A DNA stretch of 64,000 bases, from NCBI GenBank assembly GCA_951406725.2, contig OX597823.1:108500001-108564000 (forward strand), written 5' to 3'. Each line of letters begins with the position of its first letter. Position 1 is the stretch's first letter. This DNA is from Octopus vulgaris (lineage: Eukaryota). The translations under genes and the position numbers were made by a program. Shown piece by piece: positions 27,405 through 40,080 of this stretch. Under the pieces are notes generated by a model that was not told the DNA's origin, ran no database searches, and worked only from the letters and a program-made list of their open reading frames with translations.

Positions 27405-28559
27405 CAGATATATAGTAACTTATAACATATTTAAAGAAAAACTTTATTTTGAAAATAATAACTTTTTAATTGTAATTTGAATGCAGAATGAAGTTATATG
27501 AGGTGGAGGCCTTTGTGTGCAATACACTCATGGATGTATATAGTGTTTTAGAGTCAAAACACAAAACCATATATAATATATAATTACATTATATTTGGAA
27601 TTAAAAATGAAAGCCATGTCAAGCAATATGTAAACTGTAGGAACAAGTGATTACATCCAACAACCTGTAGGCGTCAGCCTGGTTAAGTTATTCATTTCTT
27701 CATTATAATTTAGCTTTATAACTGACTCTCTTTTCTCTCGGATTACAAAGTTTAGACATCAATTATGTGTGAGACAAGTGATTAAAAGAATTATAATGCA
27801 TATGATTATATGTGTGATTAAAACACATTTAGTCTTTCTCTAGTGGAGCAATTTGTGTTTCAAATATTACAAATTGGTGGAAGAGTACATGTCAGTTAGT
27901 TCGACACTAAACCAACCTTGACTTATATAAACTTCTAAATGTTCTGAATCTTTGATTGTTTATTTGTCTCACAGAAAGAGAGAGAGAGGGGAGAGAGACT
28001 TGATGTTTTTAACCACTGTATTGAAGGTGATGTTTGGGACCAACTACTTGTTAAATATGTGTCTGTTTTCATTTGAATGTAGGTTGTTCTGTATGTTTAA
28101 GAAGGTAACACAGAACTTTGTGCAGTTTTCTTCTACCACTGCCTCTGGCTGACCAAAACTTTGCAGGGGGAAATTTGATTAATAGAAACTATATAGAAGT
28201 TAAGTTGTGAGACTGAGTCTGTCTTGGGTGATAGATTTAATCCATCATCTGTATTAACTCTGTCGCTTCTAGTCCTTGCATACTTTGAGCAGATTTATCT
28301 CTGTTGTATGCATTCAGGCCTGCCTTCTGTTTTTGTGCTAACTACATACACACATGCACACACACACACACACACACACACACACCATCTTCCCTTCTTC
28401 GCACACTTAATCCAAGGTGGGTCATGGCGGTAGAGTCTTCAAGCACACCTAATACCAGATTCCGTCAGAAACAACTGCTTCCAATTGAACCCATGGATGC
28501 TATCCAACCATCTTCCTCATGGTTACAAATTGCTACTCTAGAGTGAGGCTGACGAAATA

Positions 28560-28760
28560 TTCTCATTGTGACAGGTTTTCAGGAAATCATGGGATTATGG
28601 TCAAGTGGTGTATGCTTCCTTCAGAGGTCTCAAAAAGACATATGACTGTACTCCATAAGACATGTTGCGGAAGGTTCTGCAGGGGTATGAGATTGATGGA
28701 GAATTTCTTATTGTCATGAAGTTCCAGTATAAATGCCCCAGTATGAATATGCATGTGTGT
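28560..28760 (+). pseudogene. Decayed RTE-clade RT fragment
   Basis: FSL*QVFRKSWDYGQVVYASFRGLKKTYDCTP*DMLRKVLQGYEIDGEFL resembles FTL.QIFEKSWEY...CFVDLEKAYDRVPRD.LW.VLQEYG.DG. Confidence 0.65.
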
Positions 28761-29116
28761 GTGCACATATGTACATACATATCTATCACCTGGTGTTACT
28801 TGCAGCTGAGTGCAACTGGGAATCATGTTCTATGGTTGCCTTTTTGCTAATTCTTTTAGTGGCCATGTAGCTCTGAGGAGACATAAAAATCCTCTCAACA
28901 TTCTCAGCTCTTTACCCAGTGGCGCATTCAGGCTGGGGTAACAAGAGATTCAGAGGACTGCAGCAGTACATGGTTGGGGATCATTTACATTGAGTAGAGG
29001 AAACATGAAATGGACCCAGGATCTTTCATTAGTGAACTGAATAAGCCAACCATCATTATACATGTGTATATATATATATATACATACAGATACATACATA
29101 CATATATAGATATACT

Positions 29117-29280
29117 TTCGGAGTGGTTGGCATTAGGAAGGGCATCCAGCTATAGAAACTCTGTCAGATCAAGATTGGAGCCTGGTGCAATCATCTGGTT
29201 CACCAGCCCTCAGTCAAAATCGTCCAACCCATGCTAGCATGGAAAGCGGACGTTAAACGATGATGATGATGATGATGATG

Positions 29281-29282
<2 letters not shown>
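29117..29282 (+). mobile_element. Repeat family C, 3' part
   Basis: cggagtggttggcattaggaagggcatccagc...gcggacgttaaac(gat)n. Confidence 0.85.
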
Positions 29283-29311
<29 letters not shown>

Positions 29312-29317
29312 TAAATA

Positions 29318-29530
29318 AGGTGTGCTGGCAAAATTGTTAGCATGCTGAGCAAAATGGTTAGTAGCTTTATGTCTGTCTTTATGTTCTGAGTTCAAATTCT
29401 GCCAATGTTGACTTTGCCTGTCATCCTTTCAAGGTTGATAAATTGAGTACCTGTGAAGTACTGGGGTCGATGTAATCGACTAGTCCCCTCCCCTAAAATT
29501 CCAGGCCTTGTGCCTACAGTAGAAAGGATT
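29318..29530 (+). mobile_element. SINE family A, short-tail subtype
   Basis: Family A body with tail ccaggccttgtgcctacagtagaaaggatt. Confidence 0.8.
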
Positions 29531-29565
29531 ATATACATATATATATTTATATAATTAATATAAAC

Positions 29566-29965
29566 AGCACAGGAGTGGCTGTGTGGTAAGTAGCTTGCTT
29601 ACCAACCACATGGTTCTGGGTTCAGTCCCACTGCGTGGCATCTTGGGCAAGTGTCTTCTGCTATAGCCTCAGGCCGACCAATCCCTTGTGATTGGATTTG
29701 GTAGACGGAAACTGAAAGAAGCCTGTCGTATATATGTATATGTATGTATGTATGTGTATGTATATGTTTGTGTGTCTGTGTTTGTACCTAGCATTGCTTG
29801 ACAACCGATGCTGGTGTGTTTATGTCCCCGTCACTTAGCGGTTTGGCAAAAGAGACCGATAGAATAAGTACTGGGCTTACAAAGAATAAGTCCCGGGGTC
29901 GATTTGCTCGACTAAGGGCGGTGCTCCAGCATGGCTGCAGTCAAATGACTGAAACAAGTAAAGAG
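29566..29965 (+). mobile_element. Full-length SINE family B
   Basis: tRNA-like head, CORE-like ggcatcttgggcaagtgtctt, internal microsatellite, tail gactgaaacaagtaaaaga. Confidence 0.9.
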
Positions 29966-30979
29966 AGAGAGCTAAGCGCAATATGATACCATAAAGGAAA
30001 AATGTTCAAAATTTAGGTTAGTAACAAAATGAATAAAATAAATAAATAAATAAATAAATAAAATACTTGCCTACATGAGAAACTACTCCAGAAATGATTG
30101 CTCCAAAATTAAGGACATGGCATTTTATCCGATCATTAAACATACAAATCTGTACAAATTATTTTGCTCCACTAATTAACAGTTCATAACAATTTACATT
30201 TAAATTAAACTTGCTTTCATGACTTCTTTCCAATCTTTATTGTTTGCCACTTGTTTTTCTAGAATTCTCTAGCTAATAATTCTTTTTATCTATTTCTAAT
30301 CCAATTCCTTTCTCACCTTACATATTGATTTCACGTTTCACAGCAAAGATACTGACAAGGAAGGTGTTTATAAATATACTTAATAACAGATAAATGGAAA
30401 ATAATGATGTTATATGATGGTAAAAATAAGAAAATCTACCCCAAAATCCACTTAACTGCTGATGATACCTGTATATACTATTGTGCAATATATGCGAATG
30501 TGCTCACATTTTCATTAAATTTGTATTTATGATCTGTTGGAGTTGGATTGACTTCTCAAAATTAACTGACAGTATTTTTATTTCATATTCTTTGATACAT
30601 TTCCAGTCTTTAAGAGACATCTTCAGTTTACTGGACAAGATCAGGATCAACTTCAGGGTCATTCCCTAAAAAAGTCTTTGGACCTTACAAAATTTGTATC
30701 AGTGTTTATTTTCTTCAAAGAAGGGCCCTGATCGAAATATCAGAACTCACTTCTCCTCTCTGAAATTGTCTTGTTAATTTTATAAAATGCTTGGGTTTTT
30801 ATGTCAGTATAGACCAATGCTAGTTTCTTTTAGTTCTAGTGTTTTATGTCAGTGTAGCCCATCTCTAGCTGCCTAAAATCGTATTTTTTCTTTGTCTGTT
30901 TACATTTTGGCTTTCTTTTATTCAATTTCATTATTTGCTTCATTAAGATTTTATATCATTTAAATTTTGTTTGGTCCCT

Positions 30980-31714
30980 TCCCTGGTGTCAAATTCTTCT
31001 ATGCATTTCAAGTCTTGAGACCTTGTTTGTTAACCCAGAAGAGTACAGATTATGGTTGTTCATGTCCATTCCATGGTAGAAGCAATGTTTCTTGATGGTA
31101 ACACAATCTACGATGATGACTGTAGGCCAATCTATGATGACGACAGTAGGACAATCTACTTGGCTGATATTATTCAAATTTGATATGAAGAGCACAAAAG
31201 GGAAGTAGACCACTTGGATTGCCTCCGGAAATCACTGGATCTCATTATAATCAAGCATTTTGGAGCAGCAAGTGTGTGGGGACTGCTTCCTTCTGCCATC
31301 ACCACTGAGAAAGCTGAAGAAGTTTACATTTGAAGAATAGTTCAAAATTCTTAAACAACCAGTCAGAGCCTGTATGAGTCAATTCTTCAATTTATCAAAG
31401 TTATAATCAATGACAAAGGTGGACCAACTCCATATTAAATAACAGTTTCAAATTTTGGCACAAAGCCAGAAATTGTAGTGGAGGGGAAGAACAATTACAT
31501 CAACCTCAGCGCTCCACTGGTACCTATTTTATTGACCACAAAAGCATGAAAGGCGAAGTCAACCTCAGAGGAATTTGAATTCAGAGCATAAAAGCAGATG
31601 AAGTGCAGCTAAGCATTTTGTCCAGTATGCTAACAATTCTGCCAGCTCCCCACTTCATACTAAATAATAAAATTATCATCAAACAAGGTGTTTCCATTAT
31701 TCTGTCTACCTCTG
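30980..31714 (+). mobile_element. Decayed Tc1 DNA transposon, 3' half, interrupted by a SINE A
   Basis: HVHSMVEAMFLDGNTIYDDD...YEEHKREVDHLDCLRKSLDLIIIKHF...VINDKGGPTPY* resembles the Tc1 FQDDNAP...WPPQSPDLNIIEHLW...KGG.T.Y motif; the right end ggtgtttccattattctgtctacctctg|TA is TIR-like. Confidence 0.72.
31446..31654 (-). mobile_element. SINE family A nested in the Tc1
   Basis: atgaaaggcgaagtcaacctc...gaatttgaattcag...tctgccagctc. Confidence 0.7.
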
Positions 31715-32126
31715 TATCTATCTTTAATATTCAATATGGCTGTCAGTCTATTTATCTATTTGTCTGCCATTCCACATATCTGCCTATTTATCCAACCTTA
31801 AATGAGACAATATATATATCTATATATCTATTTACCTGGCTGTGTATTTAAATGTCTAGGTGTGTATCTATTCACTTATTTATGCAAATGTATGTTTAAT
31901 TATGGATATATCTATTTACATCTTCCTGTCTAAAACTGGTATTTTATCTTCATTTCTATCTGCGTCTGTCTGTATTTTTGTCTATTTAATTATAAGTGTT
32001 GATTTGAAAATTAATAGACAATTTTAAGCGTTTACTGATATATCTAACATTATAATTAACATTGAAAAGTGTGTGAAATTAAGAATTCAAGGATTCAGAA
32101 ATTTAGAAATTAAAAATGAAGGTATA

Positions 32127-32176
<50 letters not shown>

Positions 32177-33109
32177 AATACTTAACAAATGATTTGAAAG
32201 AAATTATGAAAATTAGAGGGTAATTGTCAAATCGGTAAGGAGTTGGGGAGCATGGTGAATAATTATTGTAAAAGTAAATCTGGAAATGGGAACAGGAATA
32301 ATAATAAAATCAAAATATAATAATGAAAAATATAAAAAAATATAACTAATGTGTATATATGCATGTGTGTGTGTGTGTGTGTGTATATGTATATCTTAAT
32401 ATATAAAACAGTTTGTGTTTGTGCATGCGTATGCATGTGTGTTTGTGTGTGTGTGTGCACACATGTTTCTTATGCATTCGAAAACTTTGATACCGATTTT
32501 GACATATGGAGTATCAAAAGATCCAGTAATCTTTTGGGTTATCAAATAAACTTTATTTTCATTTGCTAATTTGCATTACAAAAATTTAACATTATAATCT
32601 TTCCATAAGTCAACTACTGTAAACGACATTTTATACCACCACCACTATGACAACGACATTACATTTTCTATATGAGTATGTATGTGTCTGTGAGTGAGTG
32701 TGTGTTTGAGTGTTCATTACATGTGTTAGGCCGATGACTGAAAAGTATATGTGTATGAGTGTATGTGAAACTATGTTTATGTGAGTATACATACATTTTT
32801 GTGATGACTCATACACACACACACACACACATACATACATCTAAAGACAGACACAGACACACAGAGGGACAGAGATAGGCCTGAGGTGTGCATGAATGTA
32901 TGTCTGTGTGTGTCTTTCTTAGTATATGTATGTGAGTGTATGTCAGAATGTATATGTTTGCAAATGTATGTTTGATAATTAAACACACACACACACACAA
33001 CTACACATACATATACATATGTGAATGAGTGTGTATGTGTCTGTGAGTGTGTGTATGTTTGCGCATTCATTACATCTATAGTAAACTATAGTAAAGGACA
33101 TTTTACACC

Positions 33110-34500
33110 ATTTTAATGAGCCCACATTTAATGAAGTAGCCATCCTTATGATAGGTGATCCCCATGAAAATCATGATATTCTCATCTGTGCTCGAGATAA
33201 CAACCTTAAACGTGTTTCAGAGACTCTTATGATGCTTTCCCGTATCCTCTTATTTTGTGGAATGGACAAGATGGGTATCATTTCAATATTCCACAGTTTG
33301 AACCTGCAGCAGGAGAGCCAATTACAAACAAAAAAGGTATTGTCAAATGACTCCTATTCTTACCAACTGATGTTAAAACCAGAACAATCAAATCAATTAT
33401 ACATGTACTGTGATCTATTTCAGCAAATACCTGGTTGATATTTATGCTAAAGTTGAGAGTCAACATCTCATCTACATTCGTAACAATTAAATTCAGTTAA
33501 GGGCTAAAAATTATGTTCATCTCCAAGATGCTCTGAGGACAGATGGTGATATTCAAAACATGGGGCAACTTATAATCCTCCCATTATCATTCACAGGTGG
33601 TCCTCGATTTATGCATGAATGAACACGAGGCGCTATGACATATGTTAGGACATATGGAAAAACCAGATCTTTTTCTCAATTCCACCTGCAAATCCTAAAT
33701 GGCAGAAAATAAAATCTAACCTTCTTTCAATGTTGCATCTTCTGATATTGCAGCTACCTTCCTCAATGGGGGAAGAACTGCTCATTTCATGTTCAAGGAC
33801 CCTCTAAACCTTGCAATGAAAGAATCTCAAATGTGCAACATTTCCCAAAACTCTACAATGGTAACAATTCTCCAACAACCTTGCCTCATTGTTTGGAATG
33901 ATGACACAATGTTACATCATGGAGCTTTAGAGGTACTTGACCATACCCTCCAAGTCATAAAAAACAATAGTATGCTTATTGGAGGAGTAACTTCAAACAT
34001 TGCCAGTTATCTCAAAAGGATCAAAAGCTGATGAGGTCAATGCATGCTCAGAAAATCGTACTTTTGGGGCCATGTGAAAAAACTTCATCTTACAAGCCAC
34101 ATCAGAGAATTTCTACAAGGTGATCATACGAGCTTCTTAAGATTGGTAATGGGATATTAACATTCAACTCAAGACTTCAGCTACATGAAATTACATGTGG
34201 CCAAATGATGCTTTATCTTAGAGATCTTATGGATAAAGTATTTCCTAATTTATCTGTCAATTACACTGATGTAAACTGGTAATGTGAAAAAGTTACACTA
34301 GCTCCAACTAATGAAATGGTTGATAAACTAAATAATGAACTTTTTCAAAAGTTAACAGATACATCAGAAATTACTTTTTGATCCACTGACAACAGTCGAT
34401 CAAGATCAGGGTGCTTAATACCCTGTTGAATTTCTGAATACACTTAAACACACTGGGATGCCACCACATAACTTGACCCTAAAACAGGGTGCTCCCATTA
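33110..34500 (+). pseudogene. Helitron RepHel pseudogene (N-terminal Rep region fused by internal deletion to the PIF1 helicase)
   Basis: PTFNEVAILMIGD...YPLILWNGQDGYHFNI...LFQQYLVDIYAKVE...IILPLSFTGGPRFMHE...YVRTYGKPDLF, then VASSDIAATFLNGGRTAH...CNIS...LIVWND...QTLPVI...GMPPHNLTLKQGAPI; many stops and frameshifts. Confidence 0.88.
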
Positions 34501-35121
34501 AATGGATTGGGTTGCTCATATTCAATCCACACAAAACAAAGGCCTTAGCATGTTCTCTCCATCAACCACAATCCATTGTGGAGGCTGTGAATTTGAGCTT
34601 GAGATTATACTGGTTTGATGAGCCTGCACTGCAACACTGGCTCAACATGACTTGGCAGAGCAGTGCAGTTTTTATACTCACACACATGAAGGCTTTTGTA
34701 AAACACATTTTTGTTCATGATCTGTTTGTATAAATATCCAGGTATTTAATGTGTCTGCAGCTGGATTGACTAATGAGATCAATATTTATGCTGACACTTT
34801 GAGACCAGCTCACACTTATTTAATAGTATTAAAGCTTTGTTAGAGCATTATATTTGTCTGCTAAGCAGATTTGGCATCTGTGGTTTATGAAGGAATTTGT
34901 GGTATGTATGTAAACTAGAGAAATATCTATTTATTCGACAGAAAGATTTTCTTTATAATTTTCAGAAACATTTAAATGACTTTGAAACATCTTGTACAAC
35001 TGTAAGATATTTATTTACATAAAATAATATACACTTACATTTCCTTTCACTGAATTTTTTAATGTTAGATGAAGCATTCTCAGATATAACTATGAATCAC
35101 AAATTATATGTATATATATAA

Positions 35122-35199
<78 letters not shown>

Positions 35200-35200
<1 letters not shown>

Positions 35201-35565
35201 AGGGTATCATAGGGTGCAGAGAGCACCATCTGAGCATGATCGTTGCCAGAGCGGCTAACTGGCTTCCATGCCTGTGGCATGTAGGAGGCACATTCGAGCG
35301 GGATCATTAACAGCATCGCCTTACTGGCACCTGTGCCGCTGGCATGAGTAAAAAATTCGAGCGAGGTTGTTGCCAGCACCACCTCACTGGTCCCCTGTGC
35401 TGATGGCACGTAAAAGCACCCACTACACTCTCGGAGTGGTTGGTGTTAGGAAGGGCATCCAGCTGTAGAAACTCTGCCTGGTGCAGCCATCCGGTTCATC
35501 AGCCCACAGTCAAACCGTCAAACCCATGCTAGCATGGAAAGCGGACGTTAAATGATGATGATGAT
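35200..35565 (+). mobile_element. Repeat family C, longer copy
   Basis: 5' ggcacgtaaaagcaccc sub-repeats plus the family C 3' end and (GAT)n. Confidence 0.8.
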
Positions 35566-36277
35566 GTTATATATATATATATATATTTAACATTTATTTC
35601 TTTTATTAGTTTCATGTATTAAACAGCAACCATGCCAGGAAGCTGTCATCAAAGGCCTAGTTGATGGTATGACTCCCAATGCTTATTTTCTCCTACAATT
35701 TGTTAAGCCATTAAGCTATGAGTCACAAAGGCCACAGCATAAATTACACCAGTTTTAGTGTAATAATAAACATAGACATAGAAATACACACACACATGCA
35801 CATACACACATATGCACATACACGTACACACACACACATGTGTGTGCATATACACATGACCAGATATTTATAGGATTAGCTTCTGAAAAGTTTCTGTCTA
35901 CCAAATTCCCATCTCCATTTATTGGTCAAACCCATGCAGTAGTAGAAAACACTTACCCAAGGAGTGGGGCAGTGGGTTCAAACATGGATATATAAATAGA
36001 GAGAGAGAAAGGGGGGAAGGGAGAAAGACAAAGAGAAAGAGAGGCAATTATGTAGATAAACAAATTGGAATCTTTTGACCACTATTAAGTGTCTTCTATA
36101 CTGAGAATCTCTGGATCTTATCTGTGAACTACACACACACACACACACATGCGTTTCCTCCTCATTATCTCCTAATTTCCTTTTGACCCATCACAAACTT
36201 ACTTATCCACTCAGCTTATCCAATCCTCTGTACCAGTTTACTTCCTTATACCTCTCTGTAACTTGAAGGTATGCTGT

Positions 36278-36509
36278 AAGGCGGTGAGCTGGCAGAAACG
36301 TTAGCACGCCGGGCAAAATGCTTAGCAGTATTTCGTCTGCCATTACGTTCTGGGTTCAAATTCCACCGAGGTCAACTTTACCTTTCATACTTTCGGGGTC
36401 GATAAATTAAGTACCAGTTACCCACTGGGGTCGATGTAATCGACTTAATCCATTTGTCTGTCCTTGTTTGTTTCCTCTATGTTTAGCCCCTTGTAGGCAA
36501 TAAAGAAAC
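36278..36509 (+). mobile_element. Full-length SINE family A (long tail) with TSD
   Basis: TSD aggtatgct at 36267-36275 and 36510-36518. Confidence 0.9.
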
Positions 36510-36641
36510 AGGTATGCTCTACCACTTCTTTTCACCCCTTTCCTTCTCTCTCCTCTCCTTGCTCTTTTTCTGACTGGGGGTCACAACATATTTCCTCTAC
36601 TGCAAAGCAATTTCTTTCATCACCTAGCACAAAGCCACTAA

Positions 36642-36927
36642 CTTAGTGGTTAGGGTGTTGCACTCACTAGTGTGAGATCATGGGTTCAATTCTCAGACCA
36701 AGCATTGCTTTGTGTTCTTGAGCAAAGCACTTCATTTCACGTTGCTCTGCAATCATTTCGTCATCTGACATGTGGCACCCGTTACACCTGTACAGGTAAT
36801 GTCAATTTGATGGAGGGAGTGAGCTTATCTGTGCACATACATTTGATCACTGTAATCAAATCTTCTGTTCGGTTGTTTGGCAAGAAATTACTGAACCCTT
36901 ACACATCGTCTAATGACAGGAGAGTTC

Positions 36928-36928
<1 letters not shown>
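36642..36928 (+). mobile_element. tRNA-derived CORE-like SINE (family E)
   Basis: cttagtggttagg (A box), gggttcaattctc (B box), tgtgttcttgagcaaagcacttcatttc (CORE-like). Confidence 0.7.
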
Positions 36929-36970
<42 letters not shown>

Positions 36971-36972
<2 letters not shown>

Positions 36973-37201
36973 ATTTCTTTATTACCCACAAGGGGCTAAA
37001 CACAGAGGGGACAAACAAGGACAGACATAGGTATTAAGTCGATTACATCGACCCCAGTGCGTAACTGGTACTTAATTTATCGACCCCGAAAGGATGAAAG
37101 GCAAAGTCGACCTCGGCGGAATTTGAACTCACAACGTAATGCAGATGAAATACCGCTAAGCATTTCGCCCGGTGTGCTAACGTTTCTGCCAGCTCGCCGC
37201 C
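36971..37201 (-). mobile_element. Full-length SINE family A (long tail), little diverged
   Basis: CpG-rich copy close to the apparent consensus. Confidence 0.9.
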
Positions 37202-37225
37202 TTTTATATAAAATATCGTGTACAT

Positions 37226-37858
37226 TTCTGGCAACAAGGCTTTCCTATGATGGAAACCTCTTAATGTGTTTTAAAGTACACAATATTTTTTATATGAATA
37301 ATATATAGTCTATTGACTAATTTTTTTGCGCTAGGCCACTGGTAATAAAAATTTCTATAATTCTTATTACCCTAATATTACTTATTATGTTTAAATGATT
37401 TTTGATAAATTTATTTGAGGTTTTACCGGCATCCTCTCTGTTGCTGGAAATAAGCTGCGTTTGCACGGTGGATTTGAAAAGTTAGAATATACAGATAATG
37501 ATTTTACATGTGGAATCAATCTTGTTGTGTGTATATTTAAAGTCTAAAGGCTACCTACTGATGAAGACTGGCCTCAGTAAATGTTTTTACTGTAATAAAT
37601 CAGAAACCATGGTCTAGGAACTAAATTAGAAGGTAAATGAATTTAATTTTCTTTCCCTTCATGAATTTATCCCTAATTAGTGGTTTGAGTTGTTTACTGC
37701 TCTTTCTAGCACAAGGCTTTCCTATGATGGAAGCCTCTTAATGTGTTTTAACATACACAATATTTTTTATATGAATAATATATAGTCTATTGACTAATTT
37801 TTTGCGCTAGGCCACTGGTAATAAAAATTTCTATAATTCTTATTACCCTAATATTACT
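37226..37858 (+). mobile_element. Partial tandem (about 477-bp period) hammerhead-bearing element, retrozyme/PLE pLTR-like
   Basis: 37234-37382 is repeated at 37711-37858; ends in (TA)n. Confidence 0.8.
37554..37618 (+). ncRNA. Minimal type-I hammerhead ribozyme with canonical core
   Basis: Stem I ccta/tagg; CTGATGA (37558-37564); stem II containing cagtaaa/tttactg; GAAAC-catg-GTC with palindromic accatggt; predicted cleavage 3' of 37614. Confidence 0.8.
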
Positions 37859-38035
37859 ATATATATATACATATATTATAGATAGATAGATTGACAGGTA
37901 GATATAAACATGTATCTATATACATACATGTATACATGCATAGGAACATATATATATACATACATACATAACATACATATAAACATCCATATACATATAT
38001 ATATATATATATACATATACATATGTGTGTGTGTG

Positions 38036-38282
38036 TGGCACATAAAAAGCACCAACTGATCGTGGGCGTTGCCAGCCTTGCCTGGCGCCGTGCCGGTGGT
38101 ACATAAAAAGCACCCGCTACACTCACGGAGTGGTTGGCATTAGGAAGGGCATCCAGTTGTAGAAACACTGCCAGATTAGACTGGGACCTGGTGCAGCCTC
38201 CTGGCTTCCAAGACCCCAGTCGAACCATCCAACCCATGCTAGCCTGGAAAGCGGACGTTAAACGATGATAATGATGACGATG

Positions 38283-38283
<1 letters not shown>
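38036..38283 (+). mobile_element. Repeat family C
   Basis: ggcacataaaaagcacc sub-repeats plus gagtggttggcattaggaagggcatccag...gcggacgttaaacgatgat. Confidence 0.8.
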
Positions 38284-38330
<47 letters not shown>

Positions 38331-38546
38331 GCACACTCACACATACAAAACAGGCACAATTATAAAAATACATTTGATGTTTCAATAATAAAACATCATT
38401 TTATCATACATATGTTTAATCCTAATTATGTTATTCATTTAACTTCCCTAATTCCTACATATATGTACATACATACATACATACATACATACATACATAC
38501 ATACATACATACATACATACATACATACATACATACATACATACAT

Positions 38547-38623
<77 letters not shown>

Positions 38624-38888
38624 CACACATATATATATGTATGTATATATATATCAGTTGTGTTTGTATGCATGTATATTTACTTGTACATGAATGTAAG
38701 TTTATATATCTTATATATGTGTCCATATTTGTGTATCAAGACACAGGATAGGGTATGGTTTGAATGCATTTGTATGTTTTTATATATCATAAAACAAAAC
38801 TGAAAACTATGCACAGACACAAACACACATACATATATATACATATGTATATATATTCATATATACATATGTAATGTATGTGCATACA

Positions 38889-38921
<33 letters not shown>

Positions 38922-39105
38922 GTATACATATATATACATATGTATATGTGCATACATATATAAACATATATATATGTATATATATATTCATATATATATA
39001 TATATATGTATATATATATGTATAAATTGTATATACATACATATAGATATATAGATATATGTATGTATGCATGCATATATATATATATTTATATATATAT
39101 GTATG

Positions 39106-39142
<37 letters not shown>

Positions 39143-39577
39143 GTGTGTGTGTGCGTGTGCATACATATATACACACACCCACATACACGTAACTTTTAAA
39201 AAGCCAAATAAAGTCACGAAAGAGCAGATGTAGATGTGTGTTTATAAATTGAACATTTTCTCTCACACCTAACTCCAGAATATAAGCATTAATAATTGAT
39301 ATCCTACACCTCTACTTCAATGAAACGTCTAAAAGTACATTTTTTTTTCATGTCGACCCCTGACAAGGAAGAAGTCAGTAGATCTTCATGTTAATTCTCT
39401 AATACAACACCTTAGCCTCACACCTATTGTGCCTCGGCTGTATTTTAAAAATGTTTGAAAATGTCCTGTAACCTTTGGGTAGTGAAAACTGCCAAGTGAA
39501 ACGTGGTCTGGCAATGCCAGACTGGTCTCCAGAGTGTTTCAATGGTAATTCTAATAGATATGCTGCTGCTGCTACTG

Positions 39578-39579
39578 AC

Positions 39580-39634
<55 letters not shown>

Positions 39635-39704
39635 GTGATGGTGATGGTAATGGTGGTGGTGGTGGTGGTGGTGGTGAGGACGACGATAATGATGATGATG
39701 GTGG

Positions 39705-39742
<38 letters not shown>

Positions 39743-39788
39743 ATGATGAAGATGGTGATGATGATGATGGTGGTGATGGTGGTGATGG

Positions 39789-39829
<41 letters not shown>

Positions 39830-39932
39830 GTGATGGTGATGGTAATGGTGGTGGTGGTGGTGGTGGTGGTGAGGACGGCGATAATGATGATGATGGTGGT
39901 GATGATGATGATGATGATTATGATGAAGATGG

Positions 39933-39964
<32 letters not shown>

Positions 39965-40010
39965 ATGATGAAGATGGTGATGATGATGATGGTGGTGATG
40001 GTGGTGATGG

Positions 40011-40049
<39 letters not shown>

Positions 40050-40080
40050 CGATGACGATGATGATGATGATGATGGTCAT
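39578..40080. repeat. (GAT)n/(GGT)n compound repeat with higher-order duplication
   Basis: Block ggtgatggtgatggtaatggt...gaggacgrcgataat occurs twice, about 195 bp apart; gattatgatgaagatggt occurs three times. Confidence 0.9.
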
